The notes under the pieces are model-generated. The model had not been told where the DNA came from. It saw only the letters and a program-made list of their open reading frames with translations, and ran no database searches. Shown here one piece after another: positions 1 to 13,835 of a stretch of 64,000 nt of DNA (the first letter of the stretch is position 1; each line of letters starts with the position of its first letter). The stretch lies in assembly GCF_009914755.1 (NCBI RefSeq), contig NC_060925.1, one strand, 5' to 3'. Position numbers and translations under genes: made by a program. This DNA is from the human T2T-CHM13v2.0 reference genome, Homo sapiens.

Positions 1-725
1 AGGATTTGTTGGATTCATGCTATCTTACAGGAGATGTTTCATAATTTAATTAAATTAGCTGTATCAATTGCCTTTTATCTTTCCCTCACTTCAAAGCAGT
101 TTCTATCTCCCATATTGACAGCAGTGCAATTCACAAATCTTCCCATTTTGAGGATATAAGGCACAACATATAGAGAAATGTTTCCCAGCATTAAGGTATT
201 GGCCAGAAGAAAAGATATTTATGATTATGCATTTCTCTTGGATAAACTGAGTCCTGGCTATCTAATGACAGAAATATGCTATACACTTTAATATACATAT
301 TATTTTGCATGTATTTGTAAAATGTGTGGCCCTTTCTAAGACTCTGATCACAGCCTCTCTTGCCTGCTCTAAGGGCATTGCTGTTCCACCACCCAAGCAC
401 ACATTGTTTATGGCATAAACTGACTTGTGAACATGGAATAATTCAATCAATATTCCTCTCATAAGGATTATACTTGTAAGAGTAACTTACATACACATAG
501 GTCACTGAATATTGAATGAGTTAGCACTAATCACTAAATATATACCTGTGTGTTTTTGACTCCTTATAGCTTCTTAATTTCCTAAAGTTAATTAATAATT
601 CTGTACATTCTTTACTTTGATAATTTTTACCTGCATTGTTGTTCTGTATTTTATTTTACTGCATTGCAATCTAAATCTATTTGACCACTAGTCTATTATA
701 AATTTACCCTAATAAAACCCTCAGG

Positions 726-931
726 TAATGGTATCCCAGTCAATGTTTAACAACCACCTTTCTCAAAAGAATGTTTCAATATTTACAGCCTTTGCCAATA
801 TCTGTTGTATAAATAATCTCACCATATCCCATTTCAAGCTATCTGGGTAACATCCCTAAATGAGAACTTGCAAAGAGATACTAAAAAATGGCTGTTTGCA
901 GCTGGTACAAGCCAACTTCAGTACAGCATTA
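726..931 (-). mobile_element. MER63-like hAT-Blackjack MITE (degraded)
   Basis: Matches the reverse complement of MER63: 'aatgtttaacaacc', 'tttgccaat', 'atttcaagcta', and end 'ctggtacaagccaacttcagtacagcatt'. Confidence 0.6.
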
Positions 932-1449
932 TTTCGTCCATTCTGCATATTACCAGAAAAATGTCATCATTGGCTTCACTCGGATGTTAACTCTCTTTCT
1001 TATAAAATCATTTTGACTATAGTAATTTTCTGAATAACTGCTCATCTAAGTACTATATTGTTCCACTGAAATGGGTCAAGTACTGGGATGTGGCAAATGA
1101 CAGACTCATCTATAGCTGCAAGACTGTTGTGAAGTGGAATGAGTCCAGATTATGGAGACAAAATTAGATTTAAATTATGATTCTGCCTCATCTTTGAATC
1201 TGTTTCTTCATCTGGAAAATAACAATTCTCATTCTTAACTTACAATTTTCATGTGAAAATTAAAGTTGTTAAAGGTAAATTTAATTCTATCTTGTATTAT
1301 ATGCTGTGAGTACTGAATGATGTCCACACATGCAGGTAAAATTATGTTGAGATTTGCCTGAAGTTACTAGGAAATAATTATTATTGTAAAGTGGAATAGA
1401 AAAGAGTGTGGCATTTTATAAATTCTGACGGGAAGGTAAAATGAGGTGA

Positions 1450-1867
<418 letters not shown>

Positions 1868-2119
1868 CTAAGCGTCTAGGGAAGACCTAAGACACATAGT
1901 TGACTCTTGAACAACGTGAAGGTGAGAGGTAATGACTCCCCATGAAGTTGAAAATCCATGTATAACTTTTGACTTCCCAAAACTTTCCTAATAATTCATT
2001 GTTTACCCAGAAGCCTTACCAATAACATAAAAAGTCAATCAGCCATATGTTGTATTATTACCATAAAGTAACTTAGACAAAAGAAAATGTTAAGAAAATC
2101 AAAGAAACAGAAAATACAT

Positions 2120-4757
2120 TGCATTAGTCCATTTTCACACCACTATAAAGAATTACCAGAAACTGGATAATCTATAAAGAGGCTTAACTGACTCACAACA
2201 GTTCCTCAGTCTTATCAGAAAGCATGGCTAGGAACCCTCAGGAAACTTACAATCAGAGTGGAAGATGAAGGGGAGGCAAGCAGGTCTTACATGGTAGCAG
2301 GAAGTGGGGGGATGTATTAGTCTGTTTTCATGCCGCTGATAAAGACATACCCAAGATTAGGCAATTTACAAGAGAAAGAGGTTTAATTGGAATTAAAGCT
2401 CCACGTGGCTGGGGAAGCCTCACAATCATGGTGGAAGGCCAGGAGAAGCAAGTCACGTCTTAGATGGATGGAAGCAAGCAATGAGAGCTTGTGCAGGAAA
2501 ACTCCCCCTTATAATAACCATCAGATCTCGTGAGACTTACTCACTATCACAAGAATAGCACAGGAAAGACCTGCCCTCATGATTCAATTACCTCCTGCCA
2601 AGTGCCTCCCACAACACGTGGGAATTAAAGATGAAATTATGGTGGAGTCACAGCCAAACCATATTATTCCACCCATGGCCTCTCCCAAATCTCACATCTT
2701 CACATTTTAAAACAAATCATGCCTTCCCAACAGTTCTCCAAAGTCTTAATTCATTTCAGCTTTAACTCAAAAGTTCACATTTCAAAGTCTTATCAGAGAC
2801 AAGGCAAGTCCCTTCAGCCTATAAGCCTTTAAAATCAAAAGCAAGTTGGTTACTTCCTAGATACAATGGGGGTATGGGCATTAGATAATTACAGCCATTC
2901 CAAATGGGAGAAATTGGCCAAAACAAAGGGGCTACAGGCCCCATGCAAGTCCAAAGTCCAGCAGGGCAGTCAAATCTTAAAGCTTGAAAATGATCTTTGA
3001 CTCAATGTCTCCCATCCAGGGCATGCTTATGCAAGAGGTGGGTTTCCATGGTCTTGGGCAGCTCCGCCTCTGTGGCTGGTATCCCTCCCAGCTCCTTTCA
3101 AGGGCTGGTGTTAAGCGGCTGCAGCTTTTCCAGTCACATAGTGCAAGCTGTTGATGGATCTATCACTCTGGGGTCTGGAGAATGGTGGCCCACTTCTCAT
3201 AGTTCCACTAGGCAGTGCCCCAGTAGGGACTCTGTGTGGGGACTTGGGCCCCACATCTCCCTTCCGCACTGCCCTAGCAGAGGTTCTCCATGATGGCCCC
3301 TCCCCTGCAGCAAACTTCTAACTTGACAACCAACCATTTGTATACATCCTCTGAAATCTAGGTGGAGGTTCCCAAACCTCAATTATTGACTCTGATGCAC
3401 TTGCAAGCTCAACACCACATGGAAGCAGCCAAGGCTTCGGCTTGCACCCTCTGAAGCAATGGCCTGAGCTCTCCATTGGCCCCTTTTAGCCATGGCTGGA
3501 ACAGCTGGGATATAGGGCACCAAGTCCCTAGGCTGCACACAGCATGAGGACCATGGGTCTGGACCACGTAGCCACCTTTTTCACCTAGGCCTCCGGGCTT
3601 GTGATGGGACGGGCTGCAGTAAGTACCTCTGACATGCCCTGGAGACATTTTCCCCACTGTCTTGAGGATTGACATTTGGCTCCTCATTACTTATGCAAAT
3701 TTCTGCAGCTGGCTTGAATTTCTCCTCAGAAAATTAGACTTTCCTTTCTATTGCATTGTCCAGATGCAAATTTTCTGAACTTTTGCGTTCTGCTTCCCTT
3801 TTAAAACTGAATGCCTTTAACAGCACCAAAGTCACATCTTAAATGCTTTGCTGCTTAGACATTTCTTCTGCCAGATATCCTAAATCATCTCTCTCAAGTT
3901 CAAAGTTTCACAAATCTCTAGGGCAGGGGCAAAATGCTAACAGTCTCTTTGCTAAAACATAACAAGAGTCACTTTTGCTCCAGTTCTCAACAAATTTCTC
4001 ATCTCCATCTGAGACCACCTCGGCCTGGACCTTATTGTCCATATGACTGTCAGAATTTTTGTAAAGCCATTCAACTATTCTTTAGAAAGTTCCAAACTTT
4101 CCCACATTTTCCTGTCTTTTTCTGAGTTCTCCAAACTGTTCCAACATCTGCCTGCTACCCGGTTACAAAGTCACTTTCACATTTTCAGTATCGTTTTAGC
4201 AACACCCTACTCCTGGTACCAATTTAATGTATTAGTTTGTTTTCACGATGTTAATAAAGTCATACCTAAGACTTGGAAATTTACAGAAGAAAGAGGTCTA
4301 ATTGGACTTACAGCCCCACGTGGGTAGGGGAGCCGCAGAATCATGACAGAATGCAAGAAGGAGCAAGTCACATCTTACATGGATGGCAGCAAGCAATGAG
4401 AGCTTGTGTGGGAAATCTCTCCCTTATAATAACCATCAAATTTTGTGAGACTTACTATCACGAGAACAGCATGGGAAAGACTTGCCCCCATGATTCAATT
4501 ACCTCCCACTGGGTCCCTCCTACAACATGTGGGAATTCACGATGAGATTTGGGTGGGGACACTGGAAAACCATATCGGGGGGATGTGGCACACTTTTAAA
4601 CCATCAGATATCATGAGAACTCACTCACTATCATGAGAACAGCCAGGGGAATGTCTGCTCCCATTATCCATTCACCTCCCACGAGGTTCCTCTCTCAACA
4701 TGTGGAATTACAATTTAAGATGAGATTTAGGTGGTTACACAAAGCCAAACCATACCA
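2120..4757 (-). mobile_element. MSTA-like MaLR solo LTR, split into 2120-2312 and ~4578-4757 by THE1
   Basis: Ends 'tgcattagtcc' and 'aaaccatacca'; internal 'ctcaggaaacttacaatc' and 'gagaactcactcactatc'; 5-bp TSD tacat at 2115-2119 and 4758-4762. Confidence 0.85.
2313..4577 (-). mobile_element. Full-length THE1 (THE1A/B) ERVL-MaLR element: LTR 2313-2666, internal 2667-4227, LTR 4228-4577
   Basis: Two ~350-bp direct LTRs ('tgtattagt...aaaccatat'); typical ~1.56 kb THE1-int with 'tcctggtaccaattta' boundary; G-run+A (gggga) on both flanks as TSD. Confidence 0.93.
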
Positions 4758-6183
4758 TACATTTACAGTACTGTATTGGATTCATGAATGTCATAGATTT
4801 ACATCACCTATTTACAGCATGAATTGTCTGGAATGGCTGGCAACCATAGCCACAGAACTCAATCTGCAGTACATATCAATCAATTAATCTACCTTATAAT
4901 TCCATTCACAGTAATAAACATTCTCATTATGTAAGTTTGAAAAATACAAGGGAGAAAGAAATAATAAATATAAAAAGCAAGTTTTTACTTAATACCTTTA
5001 TCCTTATCCCATTTATTCTACAAGAAGAAATATAATTCTAATCAGCTTTTAGAAATGCATTATAAAAATAATCAAATTACACCCCTCTTCTTTAAAATAT
5101 GAATATATATTTTTGGGAGGATATGTTTTAGTGAAAAAGAGAAGGTTAGAACTAATTAGACTGTAGGTTCAAATCTCTCACTACAATATGTATGAAGAGC
5201 TATGTGATCTGGACATATTTCCTTATCTATAAATTAGGAGTAAGTTTTATATAAGGATTAGTTTTAATATCATAAATAAATTATATAATATACTATTAGA
5301 AATGACTGCTCACAAATGCTAGTTTCCTAACATCATTTTTACCCTCTTTCTGCCTCTCTTCTTTCTTGCCACCTTCCAAACAAAACATGTAGTAAATTGT
5401 AGATTTCATCCTTTATATAGTTGGAAAATCAAGTGGTGTGACATCAAGTATACTGTCCATTAAACAAATATAGATTGGTTTAGATCCACCCTGCTTCAAC
5501 AGAAACTGATGTGTCTATAAACTCTTTAATGGCCAATTAATTCCAGATGAGCATAAAAATGCTTCCTTGACCAAAAGCTTAAAAATCTAGTCACTGACCA
5601 CATAAATAAAAAGGAGTATTGATAGTAAATGGTTAGCCTTTTGAAAATATTGAATTTTATGTTCTTAGTATTATTTTACTGAACTTAACATTTTTATTTA
5701 GCAAAATGCTTCCTTCAGGCCCATTAATATTTATAACATAAAAAAATTTCATTAAATTTAAATTAGATATTTAGTTATATGTGTTTATAATGGTGCTATT
5801 ATTAAGTGTTTATGGTGACTCTATGTCATTAACTCTAATGCCAGCTCTGGATTATCAATCATGTTGAAAAATAGAGTTGGGTCAGGTGTCTTTTTTTTGG
5901 AAGACAGACAAGGAATGGTGTTTGAAAGTGTTAATGGTATGGACCTTCTACAAGAAGGTGTGGAATAAGTTCTGGCTCAGTAGAAGCAGCCTTTCATGAT
6001 AAAGTTTTTTGATGAAATGTATTACAAAGTAACTCAATAATTCCTACTATCTGTTAGGACCTATGTTTCCTGATTAAACACAAACAAACAAAAAAAGGGA
6101 ACACTATTATCATCTGTACCTGTCCAATCCCCTGTTGCAGTAATTGATAGGACATTCAAAATGATACAGAAAAACACTTTTCA

Positions 6184-6303
6184 CCAGATGTGGTGTGGTG
6201 GCTCATGCCTGCAATCCCAGCATTTTGGGAGCCTGTGGCAGGCAGATCACTTGAGCTCGGAGGTTTGAGACCAACTTGGGCAATATGGTGAAACCTCCTC
6301 ATG

Positions 6304-6359
<56 letters not shown>

Positions 6360-6530
6360 AGATGTGGTGGCATGTGCTGTAGTCCCAGCTACCTGGGAGG
6401 CTGAGGTGGGAAGATCATCTGAGCCTCAGAAGTAGAGATTGCCTGCAGTGAGCTGTGATCATGCCACTGCACCCCAGCCTGGGTGACAGACCCTTTCTCA
6501 AAAAACAAACAAACAAACAAACAAACAAAA
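6184..6530 (+). mobile_element. AluJ with linker replaced by (AT)25 and an (AAAC)n tail
   Basis: Diverged Alu arms ('cacttgagctcggagg', 'gatcatgccactgcac'); TA run at 6306-6355. Confidence 0.88.
6306..6355. repeat. (AT)25 microsatellite
   Basis: Pure 50-bp alternating AT run. Confidence 0.97.
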
Positions 6531-7477
6531 AACAAAAAGAAAGAGAAAGAATGGAAAAAAGAAAGAGAAAAAGAAAAATACATATCATTCTCTTTCTTAA
6601 AATCTTTCTTTGGCTTTAGCTTCATAGTTCTTTAAGGACATCCAGTGTCTGCTCCCACTACTATTCTTTTCACACTATAAACTTCAATGATTTGAATCTA
6701 CTATTTGCATTTTTAACCTATTTTGATCTATTGCATCCGAAATTTTTCACATGATCATTCCTCTGCTTGGAACATTCTTTCAATCCCTATTTTATCTGGC
6801 TGACTTTCTGACTTTAGTTCTTGCTTTTAGCGCCATTTATTCTAGAATATCTTCAACTATCCCAGGTGAAAAGATGAGTTGTTCATGCTATGTATTTTGA
6901 CAATACCTCATACTACCATTATCACAGAATATTTCACACTTTATTATAATCATGTATTAGTATTTGTTTCCTATTAAATTTTAAATGCCACAAGATCTTG
7001 GAAAAGTGTTTCATTCATGCTTATATTGCTGAGATAGGCCTAGCTCAGTGTTTGACACAAAATATAGACTCACAAATAAATAATGGAGACTTCTGATCCA
7101 AATAATATGTCACAGACATGTTTTTCCAGGGCCATAGACAACCAAAGATGAACTCAGAAAGGTTTCAAAAGGAAGGTATATTGGTTAGGGATCCCAGGAC
7201 AAGAAATAAACACACAAACAAGAAAACCAACAACAAAAAACACAGTACAAGTTTCTTACAAGTCTCTACCCAACAGAAGAACTGACCAGATTTGGCTTTC
7301 CTCACTCCCAAACTACCAAAAGAAGGTAGACCAAGTAGGCTCATTTCTTTCTCCCCATCCTACACTTCCACCCCACTCAAGGTCAAACAGGAAGGAATTC
7401 AGTTGCCAACACCAGGCAAGCAAGGCAGAATTGTCAAAAAATAATCAATTGGAATACATCCTAATAAAAGAACACTA

Positions 7478-7778
7478 GCGGTGGCTCACACCTGTAATCT
7501 CAACACTTTGGGAGGCTGAGACTGGTGGATAGCGTGAGTTCAGGGGTTTGAGACAAGCCTGGGAAATATGATAAGACCTTGTCTGTACAAAAAATACAAA
7601 ATTTAGCCAGGTGTGGTGGCAAGTTCTTGTAGGCCCAACTACTGAGGAGGCTGAAGTAAGAGTATCACTTGAGCCTGGACAGCAGGGGTAGCAGTAAGAC
7701 AACATCCCGCTATTGCACTCCAACCTGGGTGACAGAGCTAGACGCTGTCTAAAATAAAATAAAATAAAATAAAATAAA
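7478..7778 (+). mobile_element. AluJ (slightly 5'-truncated) with (AAAAT)n tail
   Basis: Alu dimer structure, high divergence, flanks share 'cactag'. Confidence 0.88.
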
Positions 7779-8384
7779 CCCACTAGGAGAAATACTCTCT
7801 TTTCCTATTGGGTCTGATGCTTTCCTTTCCCACCCAAAGACCAAGCAAAGCTCAGAAGCATCCACAGGAGTGACTCTGCTACAACTATATATTGCCAAGG
7901 AAGTGCTCTTTGTCCCCATGGGTTAGAGATTGCCTTCTCTCACCTAGTAGCACCAGACAGCCCAGCCAAATGAAGATTCTTCTATCCCCTCAAGTAGCAC
8001 CAACAGGAAACTAGGAGCTCCATTAGCATGAGATAAAGAAAGCAGATAAAATAGTACTTCAAAGACTGAAAATGACATTGGCATTGGAAAAAACAACTCA
8101 TAAGATAAAGCCAAGACGTACATGCAAAACCTAAGCAGGGCGACTTCCTGCTAAAGCTTTAAGTAGAACCAAAAGTCTCCTATCATAATGGACTAAATAT
8201 CTACCATACAAATAAAAATGTCACCCATATTAATAAGAATTAGGAAAAATCAAAATTGAATGAGCAAAAGCAATCAACTCATGCTAACACCAAGATCTTT
8301 TAAAATGCTTGAATTTTCGGACCAAGATTTTAAAGCAGCCATCATAAACACAATTCAGTAGGCAATTACAAATTCTCTTGAAAT

Positions 8385-8848
8385 TATGAACCCTGAAAAT
8401 CTGAGACAGGCCTCAGTTAATTTATTTATTTCATCAAAGTTGAGGATGTCTGCCTGTGACAGCATTGGAAGGTCCTGATGACATGTGCCCAAGGTGGTTA
8501 GAGCACAGCTTGGTTTTATACATTTTTAGGAGACACGAGACATCAATTAACATATGTAAGATGAACATTGACTCTGTCTGGAAAGGCGGGACAACTCAAA
8601 GCAAAAGCCAGACAACTCGAACTGGGGAGGGGGCTTCGAGGTCATAGATAGATAAGAGATAAATGGTTGTATTCTTTCGAGTTTCTAATTAGCTTCTCCA
8701 AGGGAGGCAATCAGATATGGATTTATCTCAGTGAACGGAGGGGTAACTTTGAGTAGGCTGGGAGGTAGGTTTGCCCTAAACAGTTCCCAGCTTGACATTT
8801 CCCTTTAGCTTAGTGATTTCCGGGGGCCCAAAATATATTCCTTTCACA
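8385..8848 (-). mobile_element. MER4A1-like ERV1 solo LTR
   Basis: Termini 'tatgaaccctgaaaatctgagacagg' and 'atattcctttcaca'; internal 'gacatgtgcccaaggtggt'; 4-bp TSD aaat at 8381-8384 and 8849-8852. Confidence 0.88.
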
Positions 8849-10269
8849 AAATAAATAAAAAGTTAGAAAAATCTAGCAAAGTAATAGAAGTTATAACAAA
8901 GCAAGTGAAAGTATACAATTGAAAAGGACTACAGTGCCAAAACAGTTTTAATAAAGACATTTGATGGGTGGACTTAGGAGTAAAGTGGAGAAAATAAAAA
9001 GATAAAATCAGTAAACATAAAGAAAAACCAATAGAGTTTACCAAATCTGAACAAAGAGAAAATGAACTGGGAAAAAAAAGCAACAGAGCCTCAGAGACCT
9101 GCGGAACAGGAACAACAGCCAAAAATCAAACCTCGATATCAGAATTTAAGAAGGCAAGAAAAAAGACAATGGGACTGAAAGAATATTCAAGAAAATAATG
9201 GCTTAAGACTTGCCAAATTTGGCAAAAAAAAAAAAAAAAAAAAAAAATCTACATATGAAAGAAGCTGAGCCAAACCCAATAGAATAAAGTTAAAGAAATA
9301 TATATTTTAAGACACATAATAATTAACTTCTGAAGGCTACAGGCAAAGGAGACACGATGAAAGCCAACAAAGAGTAATGATACATTACTTATAGAGAAAA
9401 ATCTATTTGAATGACAGTGAATTTCTTGTCTGAAACTATGGAGGCCAAAGGAATTGACATAATATTTTCCAAGTGTTGAATAAAAAAGATTTGCTATCAA
9501 TTTTTATTTAGCAAAACTATTTTTCAGGAATGATGAGAAAATAAAGACATTATCCCATGAAGAAACAGAATATGTAACTATCCTTAAGAAATGTCTTAAC
9601 AAAGTTCTTTGAAACAGAAAGGAAAAGAAAAATAAAACAATCTTAAAGTATTAGGAAAAATAAAAATAATACACATGTGAGTAAATAAAATAGACTATAT
9701 TTTTCTTACTTTTTCTAGAGACAGAGATGTAACGCCATCTGATACAACAATATTTAAAAGTAAGGAAGATAAAGAAAGATGAATAGAAGTAAGGCTTTCT
9801 CATTTTATTTGAAGTCGTACATTTTGATTTTAGTACTTTGATAATCACATATATATGGAAACATTTAGAGTAACCACTATGAAAATTATCAAAAGTAATA
9901 CATCTAAATACATTATAAAGAAATAAATAAATAAAAATAAAATCCTAAAAAATGGATACATAATGCACAGAAAGGCAAGATAAAACAGAGAAAATAGAGA
10001 AAATAATTAATACAATGCAGAATTAATCACTAATAGATAAATAACTACCTTATTATAAATGTCCTAAAATAACAATTATAAAGCATAGATTCAGAGTGGG
10101 TTGAAAAAATAGGTCCCTACTATATGCTGTGTAAAAGTATCCATCTTATTAACAACATAAAATCTCCTAAACAAAATCTTCAGATCCAGATGCTTCAAAA
10201 TATTTAAACAAGAATTACATCAACTGTGCAAAATCTATTCCAGAAAATGAAAAAAAGAAGAAAATAATC

Positions 10270-11130
10270 TAAAACAGAAATGCACAACTAAAATTCTATA
10301 CCAGTAAAAATATTATGTATAAAGAACAAAATAAAGACATTTTCTGCAAAATCAAAGCTGAAAGTAATCATTTCTAGCATAGCTACAATATAAAAACAGC
10401 TAACAATTCTTGAGTTAAAGAGTAACATTCTCGATCAAAACAGGGTCAAGCAAGAGGAAAAGAACACATTAAAAGTTTAAGTACATGAGTAAATATTAAA
10501 ATATATTTTATCTTTATAATATCTGTGTATGCATAAACATATATATTTTTTAAAAGTTAAATTATTTAGAGCAATAATAATAAACCTTTGGTTTCAGAGC
10601 AGACATAAAAGTAAAATAATAGTAAGAATGTAAACTATGATAGAGATAAACAGAATTGTACTGTTGTTATTTGTTTTTACACTGTGGAGTAGATTATTAT
10701 TTAAAGGTCCATTGTGATAATTTAAGTCTACATATAATATTTCAAGTAATCAGAAAACAAAGATGTAGAGAAAGGCAGGAAATAGATAAGATGAAATAGA
10801 ATTTCAATAACTAAAAACTAAAAATTACCTTACCCAAAGCAAGACAGGAAGGTAAGGGAGAAAAAGATAGCAGATGAAGAGTGAGGAGAACAGATAGCAA
10901 GATCTGTATGTAACACAGCTAAACAATAACTGTTATTGGACATAAGTGGAATAAATACTGCACTTAAAAGCTAGATATTGTTAAGCAGCATAAAAAAGCA
11001 GGACTTTTATTTATAATACAATATATTTTACTACATATTGTTTATGCCAAACATGCTTTTAATATTCAGCAAAAGAAGGGTTGAAAATAAAAGGATAGGG
11101 AAAATATCACATAATCATTAAACAGAAGAA
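10270..11130 (+). mobile_element. Second old L1M(E) fragment (ORF1 3' end, spacer, ORF2 start)
   Basis: 'aattctataccagtaaaaatatt...aaataaagacattttctgcaaaatcaaagctgaaag' resembles the ORF1 ILYPAK..EIKTF..KQKL region. Confidence 0.6.
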
Positions 11131-11948
11131 AGGGAAATAAGATACAAATATGGGATTATGAGAAAGTAGAAACTGGAGGGTGAAATTACTGAATTTGTGT
11201 ACTGTGATCATGTAAGGGGAATGTGAACATGACAAGGAAGCTTAAAAAGGAGGTGTTGCAAAGTAGCTATGAAAAACAATACAAGCAAGAAAAATACGTG
11301 TTCTTAAATTTGTATTGCACAATAACATAAATATAAAAATTTGCATTACATTGTTTTTATTTTAAATTTAACTGAATGACGAAAGTTGCTCATTTTTTTT
11401 ACATATTCTCACAGAGTATTTCTCACAGATTTTATTCAATTGAGATGAACAATTCTCAATTATTTCTTATCATTGTGGAATGAATAAAACTTTTTAGTTG
11501 CAAGAAAATCAGGTTCATCATCATATGAGTATGATATTTAATAGAAATAAAACTACTTTTATTTTGTGGTTAAGTGTGATTTAGAAAAAGAGACCTCACG
11601 TTTCTGTACAAGACAGTGCTTGGCACACAGTTAAGAATTCTATAAATATTTGAGATTTTCAATTTAATTTCAATTCTCTTATGAAATTCCCAAGATCTGA
11701 TTTAATAACCCCTTGATACCATGATCACTACTTATTAAAATATATACTATGTTTTTCAAGTTTACAGTAGAAATTCAACTAAAATGTCATTAAAACAAAT
11801 AGAGGGATTGATGTAATATAGTACAATTGTAATGGAAAGTGAAAAATCATGAATGAAGAATAATCAAAACCATTAAAAATAACTGATTTTTATGTGGAGA
11901 TTAAGTTTCCACAAAACTTTCTTTACTCTCAAGATTAATGACCATGTG

Positions 11949-12418
11949 CAAGTAGTCTCCCCTTGTTCAATTTCACTTTCCATGGTTTCAGTTATCCAAG
12001 GTCAGTCATGGTTTACAAATAACTGAATGAAACATTCTAGAAGTAAACAATTCATACATTTTAATTCATGCACTGTTCTGAGTAACGTGATGAAATCTCG
12101 TGCAGTTCCTCTCTATCCTACCCAGGATGTGAATCCTCCCTTTCTCCGGTGTGTCCACACTGTCTACATTACCCACCTATTAGTAACTTAGTAGGCTGCT
12201 CGTTTTTATCAGGTCGACTGTCGTCGTATCACAGTGCAGTTTGAGATGTGACACAGCTGGTATCACAGTGCAAGAAAAGTACTTAGTTAAGATGGAAAAG
12301 ACATTAAATTTGTGGGTAGAAGACTTGAACAGAAACGTGTATAGTTGATACTATACACGGTTTCAGACGTCAACTGGGAGTCTTGGAACATATCTTCTGT
12401 TGATAAGCGGGGACAAGT
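11949..12418 (+). mobile_element. MER44 (Tigger7-derived) MITE with internal deletion
   Basis: TIR-like 'agtagtctccccttg' and 'gataagcggggacaagt'; internal 'gttctgagtaacgtgatgaaatctcg'. Confidence 0.85.
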
Positions 12419-13139
12419 CACCAGTAATCTCTTTATGTTTGTAATACTTTTGTAATACTTACTATAAAATGGTAATTATGACTTGAAGAAACATAATAAC
12501 CCATTTACGACTAACATACTACCTGTTTTACTATGATACTATTTAACATGGAGAATTCTGGAAGATAATATTGTTTGTATACCTTGTGTCATTAAATAAT
12601 ACTGATTATTTTAGAGAGAGAATGTCTTGAACAGTTATAATTTCATTCCATAATGCTGTCTTCATAGACAAATATAAATGGATTATATTTGAGTTTTGTA
12701 GAAGACTAAGTGACATTTTAAATCAGACCGCAATACACTAGAAAACTAAAAGCAGTAGTGAAAACTGTTAAACAATAAGTTTTTACTGACTTTTTAGAGT
12801 TTTAAACATATTAATTTTTTAATTTCTTCCATACTAACAGCATTTCAATTTCCTTATTATTTTCTATAAACTTTCTATTAAGATAATAAAATTATCTATT
12901 AAAATCTCAGAAATTCTATGTATTTAACCTCTACCAATATTCTCTGTAATACCACAAAACAGGAATATGTGTATAAAAGTACACTTTAGCCATAACCTAA
13001 CACACGAGTGCATAGAAACATACAAACAAAAAGAGATCATCATGGAAGAAAGCAAGCTATTAATGAAGTGAATAGACTATGATCCTACCAAAGTAATTAA
13101 TTTCTAGTAGAAAATTGAGGGGGAAAGAGTTACTGTAAT

Positions 13140-13835
13140 GATTTTTACAGCTTCACTGAGGTGTAAGTTGCAAACCATAAAATGATCCCATTTTAATTAT
13201 ATACAGTTTAATGACTTTTAGTAAATTTATTGAGTTTTACTGCTATCCTCATACTCTAAATTTACATCACTTCCATACCCCCACAAAAAATATGGTGCCC
13301 ATTGTCAGTCAGCCCCTATTCTCACCACTGCCCGGGCCATTGCCAGTCCACTTTCTGTGGTATGGATTTATCTTTCCTCAATTCCTTGTATGTATGGCAA
13401 TATGTAATCTTTTGCAACTGTTTTCTTTATCTTTGCATAACATTTTAACAAATTTATCCATTTTTATGTGTACCAGTATTTTCTCCCAGTTTATTTTCAA
13501 ATATTAATCCATTGTATGGACAAATCATAAAATTAGTATCCATTTGTTTACACTTTGGGCCATTATAAATAACATTGTTATGAACATTCACATCTCAGTC
13601 TTTGTAGGAGATATGTTTTTTTTTTCTTTTAGGTAAATACCTAGAAATGGAATTCCTATGTCATAAAACTCTGTTTAACAAGTTAAAAAATTGCCAAACT
13701 GTTTTCCAAAGTGGCTGCACCATTTTACACTTCCAGCAACAATATATGATGGTTTCAGTTTCTTCTCATTCTCACCCAAATTTGTTATTGTCTGTCCGTT
13801 TTTAAATAGCCATTCTTGTGGATATAGTCATTCTA
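13140..13835 (-). mobile_element. L1MB-type 3' fragment
   Basis: 'cagcttcactgaggtgtaa' and 'ttgccaaactgttttccaaagtggctgcaccattttacacttcc'. Confidence 0.8.

Larger units (their letters stand above)
1897..4890 (+). mobile_element. Tigger2-family (MER28/Tigger2a/b) DNA transposon fragment, split into ~1897-2119 and ~4758-4890 by a MaLR insertion
   Basis: TIR-like start 'agttgactcttgaacaac' and 'gaaaatccatgtataacttttgact'; sequence resumes after the LTR with 'atttacagtactgta...ctcaatctgcagtacatatcaa'. Confidence 0.75.
7085..10260 (+). mobile_element. Old L1M LINE: 5'UTR, ORF1 and start of ORF2, degraded; interrupted by AluJ and MER4A1
   Basis: ORF1-like remnants near 8230-8380 and 8850-9620 (e.g. 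'gaagctgagccaaacccaatagaataaa...agacacataataatt'); endonuclease-start-like sequence near 10080; A-rich sense strand. Confidence 0.7.

Noticed and set aside
2997-4887. Cluster of ORFs in a GC-richer segment
   Set aside because: They lie within THE1-int and MaLR LTRs, and no intact coding frame is present.
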